A DNA stretch of 64,000 nt from an uncultured Chloroflexia bacterium (lineage in GTDB: Bacteria; Chloroflexota; Limnocylindria; Limnocylindrales; CSP1-4), in NCBI GenBank assembly GCA_963766735.1, contig CAVYBU010000006.1:96001-160000 (forward strand), given 5' to 3'. A program made the position numbers and the translations under genes. Positions 8,481-19,164 of the stretch are shown in pieces. The notes below the pieces were generated by a model, which worked only from the letters and a program-made list of their open reading frames with translations, did not search any database and had not been told where the DNA came from. Numbering within the stretch: position 1 is the stretch's first letter; each line of letters opens with the position of its first letter.

Positions 8481-10658
8481 GTGCGCCGGTTCCTGTTCGA
8501 AGCCCTGGTCGATGCGCTCATCCTCATCGGGCTCGCCTTCCTCCTGTCGCTGATTCACGTCCCGCAGCCGTTCCCGTTCGGGAGCGGACGCGCCCCGATC
8601 ATGGTCGGCCAGGGCGCCGGGTTCATCGGATTCTTCGTGTTCGCCGTCGTCCTTGGCGTCGTGAACCGCGGAGTGCGGCCGGTGATCGTCGCGTTCACCG
8701 GCCGCCTGGTGCTCGCGACCGCCGGCATGTTCATGGTCGTGATCACGTGGCTCGTGTTCTCGATCACGTCGTTCTTCGCCCCCGAACTGGTCGTGGTCGC
8801 GGCGCCGACGATTCTCTGGACGCTCGTTCTCGCGGCCCTCTACGGGTTCGTCTCGATCGTGCTGGACGCGGTGCTGGGGCTCAGCCGGCCATCGCTCGAC
8901 GTCGAAGGCCGGGGGAAGTTCATCTGGCGCTTCCTGGACGGGCTCCCCACGCCTCGCCGCAACGCCATCATCGAGAACCTGCGGTTCCAGCAGGTGTACG
9001 ACACCCTCTACCGCTACGGGCTCGACATCTTCCTCGGCGGCACGTCGATCGGCCGGATCCGCGCCTGGATCCAGCGGGTCATCTTCCGCGAGGAGGAGCC
9101 GTTCGTCGGGCTGTCCACGCCCGCCCGGATCCGGATGATGCTCCAGTCGCTCGGGCCGACGTACGTGAAGATCGGCCAGATGGTGGCGAGCCGCGGCGAG
9201 GCATTGCCCCCGGAGTGGCTCACGGAGCTGCAGATGCTGCAGAGCGACGTGGCGCCGTTCCCGTACGAGCAGGCGCGCGAGGTCATCACCAAGGAGCTGG
9301 GCAAGCCGCCCGAGGAGCTGTTCGCGACGTTCGAGACGGAACCGTTCGCGGCGGCCTCCACCGCCCAGGTCCACCGCGCGACGCTCCACGACGGGACCCT
9401 CGTCGCGGTCAAGGTCCAGCGGCCCAACATCGTCGCCAAGACCAAGGCCGACCTGGGCGTCATGCAGGAGCTCGCCCGGCAGCTTGCCAGGCGCGTCGAG
9501 ATTGCCCGCCAGCTCGACGTGGAGGGAATCCTGCGCGAGTTCGCCAGCGGCGTGATCAGCGAGATGGACTATCGCAACGAGGCCTACAACGCGCGTCGGA
9601 TCTCCGAGGCGATGGTCAAGTTCGAGCGGATGCACGTGCCCGTGGTCTATGGCCGCCTGTCGGGCGAGCGCGTCATGACGGCCGAGTTCGTGAAGGGGTT
9701 CAAGATCAGCGATGTCGCCGCGCTCGACGCCGCCGGCATCGACCGCAAGGAGATCGGGGTGGTCTTCGTCAGGGCCCTGATCAAGCAGGTCCTGGTCGAC
9801 GGCTTCTTCCACGGCGATCCGCATCCCGGCAACATCTTCGTCGAGCCCGACACCGGGCGGATCACGTTCCTCGATTTCGGGCTCGTCGGCCGGCTCACCC
9901 AGAACCAGCGCATGGACCTCCTGGACATGATCAACGGGCTCCAGCTGAAGGACTCGTCGGCGGTGGCCAGGGCGCTCCAGGGCCTGAGCACGGTCGGACC
10001 CGACTTCAACGAGCGCGGGTTCACGGAGGCGGTCGACCGGATCGTCCGCGAGTACCTCGTGTATGGCGAGGGCGACGGCATCGCGGACGCGATGTCCGCG
10101 GTCATGGGCGCCGTATACGGGCATGGCCTGCGGCTGGACAACGACCTCACGCTCGCGATGAAGGCCGTCATCCAGGCACAGGAGACCGCCTCGATCCTCG
10201 ACCCGTCGATCGACATCGGCAAGGCGGCCATGGAAGAGGCGCGGGACGCGCTGGTGGCGGGGCTGACACTCGACAACATCGAGAAGACCGCGACCGCCAC
10301 GGGCCTCCGTGTCGGCAAGGAGCTGGTCCGCCGCCTGCCCACGCTGGAATCGGCCGCCTTCATGTGGATCGACCAGTTCGGCAAGGGCAAGATCACGGTG
10401 GCGATCGACACCAGCGAGCTGGACACCCAGTTCCGGCAGCTGGACGACACAGGACGGCGGCTCACGATGGGGCTGCTCACCGTCGGCCAGCTGATCGGCT
10501 CGGCGATCCTCGCCGTCGTCCTGCTCCAGCCGGCGATTGCAGATACGGTGGGGCCGCTGGCCTCGATCGCGGTGTTCGCCTTCTTCGGGGTCCTGGCCTA
10601 CAGCCTGTTCATCACCTACCGCGTCGGCCGCCGGCCGGAAGACGACAGCAGGCGCTGA
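8481..10658 (+). CDS. AarF/ABC1/UbiB-family atypical kinase with N-terminal YvlD/superfamily-IV holin-like membrane domain
   Basis: YVKIGQ, AAASTAQVH, VAVKVQRP, HGDPHPGN, LDFG; N-terminal LGVVNRGVRP..VLATAGMF resembles DUF360/YvlD; AGGAG before GTG 8481. Confidence 0.87.
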   Translation: MRRFLFEALVDALILIGLAFLLSLIHVPQPFPFGSGRAPIMVGQGAGFIGFFVFAVVLGVVNRGVRPVIVAFTGRLVLATAGMFMVVITWLVFSITSFFAPELVVVAAPTILWTLVLAALYGFVSIVLDAVLGLSRPSLDVEGRGKFIWRFLDGLPTPRRNAIIENLRFQQVYDTLYRYGLDIFLGGTSIGRIRAWIQRVIFREEEPFVGLSTPARIRMMLQSLGPTYVKIGQMVASRGEALPPEWLTELQMLQSDVAPFPYEQAREVITKELGKPPEELFATFETEPFAAASTAQVHRATLHDGTLVAVKVQRPNIVAKTKADLGVMQELARQLARRVEIARQLDVEGILREFASGVISEMDYRNEAYNARRISEAMVKFERMHVPVVYGRLSGERVMTAEFVKGFKISDVAALDAAGIDRKEIGVVFVRALIKQVLVDGFFHGDPHPGNIFVEPDTGRITFLDFGLVGRLTQNQRMDLLDMINGLQLKDSSAVARALQGLSTVGPDFNERGFTEAVDRIVREYLVYGEGDGIADAMSAVMGAVYGHGLRLDNDLTLAMKAVIQAQETASILDPSIDIGKAAMEEARDALVAGLTLDNIEKTATATGLRVGKELVRRLPTLESAAFMWIDQFGKGKITVAIDTSELDTQFRQLDDTGRRLTMGLLTVGQLIGSAILAVVLLQPAIADTVGPLASIAVFAFFGVLAYSLFITYRVGRRPEDDSRR

Positions 10659-10744
10659 GCCGGCGGCCGCCCAATGCTGCACGGGACAGCCCGGGTGGTC
10701 TGGGCGACCGGGGTCGTCAGCCGGGCCGGGAGGAACCTGATCGC

Positions 10745-11446
10745 ATGAGCACCGCGTTCCCGGGCTTTCGCCCAGAGGCGCTGGACTTCCTCGTGGAGCT
10801 GGCCCTCAACAACGATCGATCGTGGTTCGGGCCGCGCAAGGCCTCCTTCGAGGCGCTGCTCAAGCGGCCCCTCGAACAACTCTGCGCCGCGGTCAACCTG
10901 GAGTTTCTGGCCCGCGACCTCCCGCTCGCCGCGGATCCGGCCAGGTCCCCGTTCCGGATCTACCGGGACGTCCGGTTCGCCAAGGACAAGTCGCCGTACA
11001 AGACCAACGTGGGCGCGAGCTTCCCGTGGATCGGAGACGGCGGCGGGGTGGGCGGCTACTTCCACCTGGAACCGGGCGGCGTGTTCGTCGGGGGCGGGAT
11101 GTGGCACCCGGCGCCGGCCCGGCTGGCGGCGTGGCGGAGCGCCGTCATCGCGGACCGGGGGAGCATCCATGCCGTGGTGGAGGACCCGGGGTTCGTGTCG
11201 GAGTTCGGCGCCGTGGACGGTGATCGCCTGAAGCGGGCCCCGAAGGGGTTCGCCCAGGACGACCCCGACATCGAGCTCCTGAAGCTGAAGGACGTGGTCT
11301 TCGGGCGCCCGCTCGCGGACGCGGACGTGATGGGGTCAGACCTGCCGGCGAAGATCGCGGACACCCTGGTCCACGCCACGCCCCTGCTGCGCCTCCTGGC
11401 CGGCCTGCCGGGCCACGAGACGGACGCGAGGTGGCTCCGGGACTGA
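10745..11446 (+). CDS. DUF2461 family protein
   Basis: FL.ELALNNDRSWF, FRIYRDVRFAKDKSPYK, GGGMW, LKRAPKGF. Confidence 0.9.
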   Translation: MSTAFPGFRPEALDFLVELALNNDRSWFGPRKASFEALLKRPLEQLCAAVNLEFLARDLPLAADPARSPFRIYRDVRFAKDKSPYKTNVGASFPWIGDGGGVGGYFHLEPGGVFVGGGMWHPAPARLAAWRSAVIADRGSIHAVVEDPGFVSEFGAVDGDRLKRAPKGFAQDDPDIELLKLKDVVFGRPLADADVMGSDLPAKIADTLVHATPLLRLLAGLPGHETDARWLRD

Positions 11447-11466
11447 TTCCGGTCGGGGTCGCGAGG

Positions 11467-12292
11467 TCAGCTGTCGATCGCGCGGTTGACCCAGTGCGCC
11501 GGCCGGGTGAGCGCCGGTGAGAGCCGGGTCCCGGGATTGCCGCTGGCGGCCTCGAGCTGGGATTGCGTCACGAACAGGGCGCCGCGCAGATCCGCGCCGG
11601 CAAGGTTCGCGCCGCGCAGGTCAGCGCCCGCGAGATCGGCCTTCCCCAGCTTGGCGCCGCGGAGGTCGGCCCCGATGAGCATCGCCCCGCGCAGGTTCGC
11701 ACCCCGCAGGTCCTGGCCGCGGAGGTCGACCCCGGCCAGATCGGCGCCCCGTTTGTCCGGCGCGCTGCGGCTGGTCGCCGGACCCGGCCCCCGCCCGCAC
11801 CAGCTCGCTGGCCTTCCCCAGGAGCGCGCCGATCGCCTCCCGGCGGCCTGCCACGTCCACGGCCAGCAGGGCATCGGCCGGCTCCTCAGCCAGCGACTCG
11901 ACCTCGTCCAGCGCCACCCGCAGCTCGGGGTGGATCGGGTGGGCCGCCGCCAGCGCCAGCGCTTCGGTCAGATACCAGGCCAGCTCGTGGAGCTGGCGCA
12001 TGACCGTGAAGGCGTCGAACATGGGCTCGGCCAACTCAGGCGAGCGTCGCCAGTCCTTTTCGGCAAACGTGGCCTGGGCCAGGTGCTGGCCCGCCCCAAA
12101 GCAGTCGTAGGCGACACAGCCCGGGAAGCCCGCCACCCTGAGGCGGGCGTGGATCCGGCACCCGAAGTCGGGCCCCAGGTTGGGGCAGGCCTCCCCCACA
12201 GGCTTGTCGATGGCGAAGTCCGCGGATGCCGCGAAGGCCAGCGCGACGCAGCACAGCCCGACGCAGCGGCTGCAGTCCGCGCGAAGCTCCAA
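11467..12292 (-). CDS. pentapeptide-repeat protein with Cys-rich N-terminus (YisX-like); frameshift in a C/G run near 11790
   Basis: [22 protein letters not shown]; A(D/N)LRG repeats continue in the next frame. Confidence 0.85.
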
Positions 12293-12301
12293 CGCCGGGG
12301 C

Positions 12302-12604
12302 CTACTCGCGCTCGTCGATCAGCAGCCGGACCCGCTTGCGGTTGTGGCCCATCGAGTCCGCCGCGACCGCCTTGCCGATCTCCGTGGCATAGGCCGCCTC
12401 GAAGTCCGCCTGCGTGTCGAACCAGAGCTCGGAGATGCCGTCGATCCCGCTCTCGGCGGGGTCAGCATCCACGATGTTGACGACCATCTTCCGCAGGCCC
12501 GGCAGCTGCAGGGCGAGCGGCCGGTGCTCCTCCAGCCACCAGCGGCGGAAGTCGTCGGGTGTCATGTCCTCGCGACGACTGAGCAGGATCATGGCCTTGA
12601 ACAC
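12302..12604 (-). CDS. EthD family reductase
   Basis: F..WW.EEH.PLA.QLPGL and DGISELWFD motifs. Confidence 0.85.
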   Translation of the reverse strand: MFKAMILLSRREDMTPDDFRRWWLEEHRPLALQLPGLRKMVVNIVDADPAESGIDGISELWFDTQADFEAAYATEIGKAVAADSMGHNRKRVRLLIDERE

Positions 12605-12613
12605 GGTGCTCTC

Positions 12614-13174
12614 CTAGGCAGGCTTGCGGACCCGGGCGTTCGGCCGGCCGCCGGCGCTCAGGACCAGGGCGATGACGATCTCGTCCGGGCGCGGTGCGTC
12701 CGGGATGGCGACGTCGACGGCGTCCATGTCGTCGAAGACCCATCGGTCGTCCTTGTTGCCGATGGGCATCGTGATGGAGGCACCGGGCCCCGCGACCTTC
12801 TTGGTGCCCGGGATGATGTCGGCGCCGCCACCGATGGCCGCCCTGACCGGCGCCCCGAAGCGCGGGTGGAGGACTGCGGCCGTGTGCTCGCGATCGCCGT
12901 CGATCCCCACGATGGCGCCCTTGCCGTACCCGCGGACGTCCGCCGGGGCCAGGCCGACCGACGCCAGGACGGCCAGGGCGCGCTCGACCAGCAGGCCGGC
13001 CGCGTCACGGCCAAGGTCTTCCAGCTCGCCGAGGTCCTCCACGCGGCCACGGCCGGCCAGCGGGTTCCGGACTGCGATCGCGGCGGTCGCCACCGTCGTG
13101 GGCGGGTCAACCTCCGCGCCGGCCTCCACGAGCGTCTGCTGCACGGCCGCCACGATGACCCGCACTCCGTCCAC
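12614..13174 (-). CDS. amino-acid-synthesis family protein (DUF1185)
   Basis: NPLAGR, YGKGAIVG.DG.REH.AA, DAPRPDEIV. Confidence 0.85.
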   Translation of the reverse strand: MDGVRVIVAAVQQTLVEAGAEVDPPTTVATAAIAVRNPLAGRGRVEDLGELEDLGRDAAGLLVERALAVLASVGLAPADVRGYGKGAIVGIDGDREHTAAVLHPRFGAPVRAAIGGGADIIPGTKKVAGPGASITMPIGNKDDRWVFDDMDAVDVAIPDAPRPDEIVIALVLSAGGRPNARVRKPA

Positions 13175-13289
13175 GATTGGCTCCTTTCGATCCGATTCCG
13201 GCGGGCGACCGTCCGTCGCGTCACCTCTACTGTAGGGGCGCGGCCGGCGCGGCGGGCCCCGGAGCCGGCGCCCTCCCGGGCCGGCAGCC

Positions 13290-13760
13290 TCAGGGCCGTG
13301 TGGGAATGCGGTAGAGGAAGACCGCCACGATCAGTCCGGTCACGCCGAGCGCCCCGCGCAGCAGGAGGCCGTCCACCAGAAGGATCGACACGCCGAACGA
13401 CAGCGCGACCACGGCCAGCGCCCGGACGCGCACTCCGGGCGGCAGCGAGCGCGACGTGCGCCACTCCGTGATGATCGGCCCGAGGGAACGCTGGCCGACG
13501 AGCCAGCCATACAGGCGATCCGACGCCCGCGCATAGCAGGCTGCGGCCAGCAGCAGGAACGGCGTGGTCGGCAGGACAGGAAGGACGATCCCCAGCACGC
13601 CGATGACCAGGGACACGGTCCCGACCGTCACGAGGATCACGCGCAGGGGAAGCGACGCGCGGTCTGGCGGCCCGAGATCGACCGGTGAGGTGCCGGGATC
13701 GCCGGGGCACGGCGTCGGGCTCGGCGTCGGATCGGGAGTCTGGGGGTCCGACAGGTGCAT
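13290..13760 (-). CDS. YbaN/DUF454 family membrane protein
   Basis: GIVLPVLPTTPFLLLAAACYARAS motif. Confidence 0.88.
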   Translation of the reverse strand: MHLSDPQTPDPTPSPTPCPGDPGTSPVDLGPPDRASLPLRVILVTVGTVSLVIGVLGIVLPVLPTTPFLLLAAACYARASDRLYGWLVGQRSLGPIITEWRTSRSLPPGVRVRALAVVALSFGVSILLVDGLLLRGALGVTGLIVAVFLYRIPTRP

Positions 13761-14057
13761 CGCATAAGGATGCCCTGCCGTGGCGCCGGCGTCGCCCCAC
13801 CCGAACCGGCGAGCACAGTGATCGCGACCCGGGGCGACCCGCCAGGTCGGGCTGGCGTTCGCGTTTCGGGACCCCGGACCGGTCAGGCCGACCGGGCCCT
13901 CCGGTCGAGATCGATGGCTCTCCTCGCGTCCCGCCGCGGCTGAGATGCTTGATCCGGCCCAGCCGGCCTCCTGAACGCGGCCGCTAGCGCCCGCGCCCGG
14001 ACGGACCAGCCCAGGTCGAGCATGGTTCCGGACGCGCACGGAGAGGAGTAGACGGCC

Positions 14058-14972
14058 GTGAAGATCATCGTCGCGGTCGACGGCTCGCCGCAGGCCAGTC
14101 TGGCGGTCGCCTGGATGGCGCAGATGCCGCTGACGGACGCAGATGAGATCCTCGTGACCTCGGTCGCCGAACGACCGGTGATCATCGGGGCCTGGGGATC
14201 TGCGTACCACGAGGGGTACGAGACGATCACCCCAGAGATGCTGGCCTCGAACCGGGCTGCTGCGCAGCGAGCTGCGGATACGGCCGCCGCGGTCCTGTCC
14301 CCTGGAGCATGTCCGGTGAAGGTCCTGGTCCGGGAGGGGCATCCCATCGAGGAGCTCCTTGCGGCCATCGCGGAGGCCGGTGCGGACCTGATCGTCGTCG
14401 GCCCTCACGGCCACGGCGCGCTCGAGACGATCCTCCTGGGCAGCGTGTCCCAGGCGCTGCTCCATGCCATGGCGACCTCCGTGCTCGTCGCCCGGGAGCC
14501 CATCGGTGCCCCGCGGCGCATCCTGCTGGCATCGGATGGTTCGACGCACAGCCTGGCGGCGGCTCGGTTCGTCGCGCAGCTCCCGCTCGCGGCCGACGTG
14601 AGGATCGACGTGCTGGTGGTGATCGATCGCTGGCCGCCGGCGCACGCGGATGACAAGGTCGTCGTCCCCGATGCGTTCGCCGCGGTCCAGCAGACCAGCT
14701 TGGAGGAGATCATCCAGGACACGGTCGGGGTCCTCGAGGCCGGCGGCAGGACCGGGGTACCGGTCATCCGGCACGGCAACGCCAAGCGGGAGATCCTGAC
14801 CGCGGCGAGGGATCTCCACAGCGACCTCGTCGTGACCGGAGCCCGGGGTGTCGGCGGCTTCCGCGGCCTCCTGCTCGGGAGCGTCTCGCGCGCCGTCGGC
14901 AAGGCAGCACCGTGCTCGACACTGGTGGTGTGCGAGGAGAGCGCGTCACGCACGGCGGACGAGCCGGGGTGA
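14058..14972 (+). CDS. tandem universal stress protein
   Basis: Two USP domains (IIVAVDGS...LLGSVS; ILLASDGS...LLGSVS); GAGGAG RBS. Confidence 0.92.
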   Translation: MKIIVAVDGSPQASLAVAWMAQMPLTDADEILVTSVAERPVIIGAWGSAYHEGYETITPEMLASNRAAAQRAADTAAAVLSPGACPVKVLVREGHPIEELLAAIAEAGADLIVVGPHGHGALETILLGSVSQALLHAMATSVLVAREPIGAPRRILLASDGSTHSLAAARFVAQLPLAADVRIDVLVVIDRWPPAHADDKVVVPDAFAAVQQTSLEEIIQDTVGVLEAGGRTGVPVIRHGNAKREILTAARDLHSDLVVTGARGVGGFRGLLLGSVSRAVGKAAPCSTLVVCEESASRTADEPG

Positions 14973-15171
14973 CCGGATGCATCGACCGGCGGATGCGCGG
15001 TGGCCCCAGCGGCGTCGGGCCGGCATGACCACGCGCCCGGTCACGTCGGTGGCGGTGGCTCGTCTCCGTCGCCGCCGGGGCCATGAGGCTGGCTCCGAAG
15101 AGGTCGCTCGCCATCTGGCGGCCTCGGTCCTCGTCGTTCGCCCGGCATAGCACAGGGCGGGAGGGTTGCGA

Positions 15172-15330
15172 ATGGCCTCCCCGGCCGCCGTCCGGATCGG
15201 CGCCGACGACCCCGGCGTCGGCGACCCGTCCGGCAGCACTCGCTCCAGCATCACGATCCTGCGCGTGGCGATCGTCGTCCTGGTCACGTCCGTCGTCCTG
15301 CTCGCTGAAATCCGGAGGTCCAGCCGGTGA
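15172..15330 (+). CDS. putative 52-aa single-TM small protein (below the ORF-track cutoff)
   Basis: GGGAGG upstream of ATG; [52 protein letters not shown]; its TGA overlaps the ATPase GTG (GTGA). Confidence 0.5.
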   Translation: MASPAAVRIGADDPGVGDPSGSTRSSITILRVAIVVLVTSVVLLAEIRRSSR

Positions 15331-18011
15331 CGAGCGCGACGATCGACCAGAGCGCAGCGCCGGCTCGTCCGTGGACGGTCGATGCATCGGTCGTCGCTGC
15401 GGCGCTCGCGACTGACGCCACGCGTGGGCTGACCGGTGCCGATGCCGCCGATCGCCTCGTTCGCTTCGGACCCAACGAGCTGGTGGAGCGCGCCGGCAAG
15501 CCGACGTGGCGCCTGTTCGTCGAGCAGTTCACCAACACAATGATCGTGGTGCTCATCATCGCCGCGATCGTCACGGCGATGATCGGCGACCTCAAGGACA
15601 CCTTCGTCATCCTCGCCATCGTCGCGCTCAACGGGGTCATCGGCTTCGTCCAGGAGCATCGTGCCGAGCAGGCGATGGCGGCGCTCAAGCAGATGACGAG
15701 CCCGTCCGCGCGCGTCGTGCGCGACGGCGAGGTTCTCGTCGTCCGGGCTGCCGATCTGGTGCCCGGCGATGTCGTCCAGCTCGAGACGGGTGACATCGTC
15801 GCGGCCGACCTGCGGCTCAACGGGTCCGCAGCCCTCCAGATCAACGAGGCTGCGCTGACCGGCGAGTCCGAGCCTGCCGCCAAGGTGGTCGCAGCCCTCC
15901 CCGATGTCACCGAGGCGCTGCTCGCCGACCAGCGGAACATGGCTTTCAAGGGAACCGCGGTGACCTACGGCAGGGGCGCCGGCATCGTCGTGACGACCGG
16001 CATGGCGACTGCCCTGGGACGGATCGCCGACCTGATGCAGCAGCGGCCGGCTGGGATCACGCCCCTGCAGCGGCGGCTCTCGACGTTGGGCAAAGGGCTG
16101 GCCGCGGCGGCGCTGGCCGTCTGCGCGATCGTCTTCGTGGCAGGCGTGGCGCGAGGGGAATCCGTCGAGCTGATGTTCCTCACCGCCGTGAGCCTTGCGG
16201 TGGCGGCGATCCCTGAGGCGCTCCCGGCCGTCGTAACGGTGTCGCTCGCCCTCGGAGCACAGCGGATGGTCGCCCGCCGAGCCATCACCCGCAAGCTGCC
16301 GGCCGTTGAGACGCTGGGATCCGTGAACGTCGTCTGTTCGGACAAGACGGGCACCCTCACCCAGAACCGCATGATCGTCGAGCGCGTCTGGACGCCCGTG
16401 GCCGAGTACAGCGTGGATGGCGTGGGCTACGAGCCGGCTGGATCGATCACGGGAGAGGCTGACCCGGGAGGCGATGGCATCCTGTCGCACCTCGCCCTCG
16501 TGGCAGCGGCATGCAATGACGCAAGCCTCCACGGCCCAACGCGGAGTGGTGACCCGTGGACGATCACCGGCGATCCCACCGAGGGAGCGCTGCTGGCCCT
16601 TGCCGGCAAGCTGGGCGTCACCCGCGAGGACATCAACACTCGGTTGCCGCGCGTTTCCGAGGTCCCCTTCGACGCCACAAGGCGTCGCATGTCGACGCTC
16701 AATCGCCGAGAAGGCGGGGTGTGGGTGGCGATCAAGGGCGGCGTCGACGCCCTCGCGCCGCTCGGGCGGGACGTGGATCGCGACGCCTGGGATCTGGCGC
16801 AGGCTGCCGCCGATCGCTACGCAACCGAGGGCTACCGGGTGCTCGCGCTCGCCGAGCGGAACCTTGACGAGGTCCCCGGCGATCCGGCGAGCGCAGAAGC
16901 GGAGATCATGCTGCTCGGGCTGGTGGCGTTGGCCGACCCTCCGCGCGCCGAGTCGGCTGATGCGGTTGCCGCGGCACGAGCGGCAGGGATCACGCCTGTG
17001 ATGATCACGGGCGATCATGCCCTGACCGCGCAGGCAATCGCCCGACGGGTCGGAATCCTGGCCGGGAGTGGCAGGGCCCTGACCGGGGTGGAGCTCGAGC
17101 TGCTCGATGAGGCGGCGTTCGACCGGATCGTCGGCGACGTCGCCGTGTACGCCCGGACCAACCCGGAGCAGAAGCTGCGGATCGTCGACGCCTGGAAGCG
17201 GCATGGTGCCGTCGTCGCGATGACCGGCGATGGCGTCAACGATGCCCCTGCCCTCAAGCGGGCCGACATCGGGGTGGCGATGGGCATCACCGGGACCGCG
17301 GTGGCCAAGGAGGCCGCCGACATGGTCCTCGCGGACGACAACTTCGCGACGATCATTGCCGCGGTGGAGGAGGGGCGCCGGATCTACGACAACATCCGCC
17401 GCTTCGTCCGGTACGCCCTGACGGGCAACTCGGCCGAGATCTGGGTCATGTTCCTGGCCCCGTTTGCGGGCCTCCCGATGCCTCTCCTGCCGGTGCACAT
17501 CCTGTGGATCAACCTCGTGACGGACGGCCTGCCGGGGCTCGGTCTGAGCGTCGAACCGGCCGAGCGGGACACGATGCGGCGGCCTCCCCGCCCGATGAGC
17601 GAGTCGATCTTCGCCCGGGGCCTGTGGCAGCACGCACTGCTGGTCGGGCTCCTGATGGGCGGGGTGTGCCTGGGCGTGCAGGCCGCGGCGATCGGGCTGG
17701 GCGGTCACTGGCAGACGATGGTGTTCTCGACGCTTGCCTTCCTCCAGCTCGGCCTTGCCCTTGCCGTGCGCTCTGAGACGCAGAGCTTCATGGCCCTCGG
17801 CTGGCGTACCAACCTGCCGCTCGCGCGGGCGGTCATCGCCACGGTCGCGATTCAGCTCGCGATCATCTATGTCCCGCCGCTGCAGCCGATCTTCGAGACT
17901 GAGGCTCTCGCTCCTGGCGAGCTCGCGGCCATGCTGGCGGCGTCGTCGATCGGGTTCATCGCGGTCGAGACCCACAAGTGGGCGATCCGCCGCCGGACGC
18001 GCGTCGGGTGA
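15327..18011 (+). CDS. P2A-type cation (Ca2+-like) transporting P-type ATPase
   Basis: TGES, PEALP, DKTGTLT, TGDGVND; TM5 GNSAE; TM6 [10 protein letters not shown]. Confidence 0.94.
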   Translation: MTSATIDQSAAPARPWTVDASVVAAALATDATRGLTGADAADRLVRFGPNELVERAGKPTWRLFVEQFTNTMIVVLIIAAIVTAMIGDLKDTFVILAIVALNGVIGFVQEHRAEQAMAALKQMTSPSARVVRDGEVLVVRAADLVPGDVVQLETGDIVAADLRLNGSAALQINEAALTGESEPAAKVVAALPDVTEALLADQRNMAFKGTAVTYGRGAGIVVTTGMATALGRIADLMQQRPAGITPLQRRLSTLGKGLAAAALAVCAIVFVAGVARGESVELMFLTAVSLAVAAIPEALPAVVTVSLALGAQRMVARRAITRKLPAVETLGSVNVVCSDKTGTLTQNRMIVERVWTPVAEYSVDGVGYEPAGSITGEADPGGDGILSHLALVAAACNDASLHGPTRSGDPWTITGDPTEGALLALAGKLGVTREDINTRLPRVSEVPFDATRRRMSTLNRREGGVWVAIKGGVDALAPLGRDVDRDAWDLAQAAADRYATEGYRVLALAERNLDEVPGDPASAEAEIMLLGLVALADPPRAESADAVAAARAAGITPVMITGDHALTAQAIARRVGILAGSGRALTGVELELLDEAAFDRIVGDVAVYARTNPEQKLRIVDAWKRHGAVVAMTGDGVNDAPALKRADIGVAMGITGTAVAKEAADMVLADDNFATIIAAVEEGRRIYDNIRRFVRYALTGNSAEIWVMFLAPFAGLPMPLLPVHILWINLVTDGLPGLGLSVEPAERDTMRRPPRPMSESIFARGLWQHALLVGLLMGGVCLGVQAAAIGLGGHWQTMVFSTLAFLQLGLALAVRSETQSFMALGWRTNLPLARAVIATVAIQLAIIYVPPLQPIFETEALAPGELAAMLAASSIGFIAVETHKWAIRRRTRVG

Positions 18012-18104
18012 CCCCCGTCCGGCGCGCCCAGCGCCCGGACCCATGACGGGCCAGCCCGTCGGTCAGTGCGGAAGGGGAGCAGGCCCGGTCAACCGCCGCG
18101 TCGA

Positions 18105-19058
18105 TCAGCCAAACGGAACGGTCCGTCCGAGGCCACGTTCCACGGCTCGATCGTAGGCGAGCGCACCCAGCGCCACGTCGTCCATGGCAATGCCAAGGTG
18201 CATCAGCACGCTCCGCTTGTCGGCGGGGATCGCAAGGCGACCGGCCACGATGTCCGCCAGCTCGCCGTGAGGCTCCGGGAAGCCCGCAAAGTTCTCGTGG
18301 AACGTGGAGCGGTACTGCCCCAGGTCGTCCACTGCGTACAGCGCCGCCGCGTGGGCTGCCGCGGGCGCGAGCGCGTCGTCGTAGTCGAGCGGCAGGAGCA
18401 CGGCATCGGCCTCGGTGCCCTCGCCCGTGAGGCGCCCCTCGCCGAGAGAGACCGTTATGGCCGTGACCACGACATCCGCACCGTCCAGCGCCGCCTCCGG
18501 GGTGGGCGCGGCGAACGTCCGCCGGTCGCCGGCCAGCGCAAGGAGCGCGTCCGTCGCCACGGGGGCGCGGTCGTAGGCCCGGATCTCCTCGATCTCGGGG
18601 CGCTCTGCCAGGATCACGTCGAGGTTGCGCCGGCCCTGCGCGCCGCAGCCGACCATCCCGAGCCGCCTGGCACGCCGCGGCACGTGCCGGAGCGCGACAC
18701 CGGTGACACCCGCGGTGCGGATCTCCGTGATCCAGGCACCGTCCATCACGGCCAGCGGGCGCCCGGTGGCGGCATCGGTGAGCAGGAACACGCCGTAGAT
18801 GTACGGCAGGCCAAGAGCGCGGTTGCTCTCGTATCCCGCGACCCACTTGATGCCGGCGCGGTCCGAGCCGCCAAGGTAGGCGGGCATCGCGTTGATGAAG
18901 GATTCCGGGCGCGGGTGTATCGCCGGCTTGGGCGGGTTCTGGACGTACCCGGCCGCCTTCTGGCGGAACGCGTCCTCGAGCACGTCCACGACATCCGCCC
19001 AGCCGATGTCGAGCGCCTCGAGGTCCGCGCGGCCCAGGATCAGGAGTTCGTCGGGCAT
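18105..19058 (-). CDS. ornithine cyclodeaminase/mu-crystallin family protein
   Basis: FINAMPA, GIKWV, ITEIRTAG, GCGAQG, GIAMDDV. Confidence 0.9.
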   Translation of the reverse strand: MPDELLILGRADLEALDIGWADVVDVLEDAFRQKAAGYVQNPPKPAIHPRPESFINAMPAYLGGSDRAGIKWVAGYESNRALGLPYIYGVFLLTDAATGRPLAVMDGAWITEIRTAGVTGVALRHVPRRARRLGMVGCGAQGRRNLDVILAERPEIEEIRAYDRAPVATDALLALAGDRRTFAAPTPEAALDGADVVVTAITVSLGEGRLTGEGTEADAVLLPLDYDDALAPAAAHAAALYAVDDLGQYRSTFHENFAGFPEPHGELADIVAGRLAIPADKRSVLMHLGIAMDDVALGALAYDRAVERGLGRTVPFG

Positions 19059-19164
19059 GGGTGGTGCGCCTCCGCGCTGCTGGCGATGAACAGGGGGAGT
19101 ATCGGTGCCGGGGTATCGAAGTGGGCGACCGCACCGACGTGTGTGGAAGGCGTGCGTCGCGTCA

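Noticed and set aside
8481-8900. Holin-like domain as prophage evidence
   Set aside because: Fused to a cellular kinase; no phage genes in the window.
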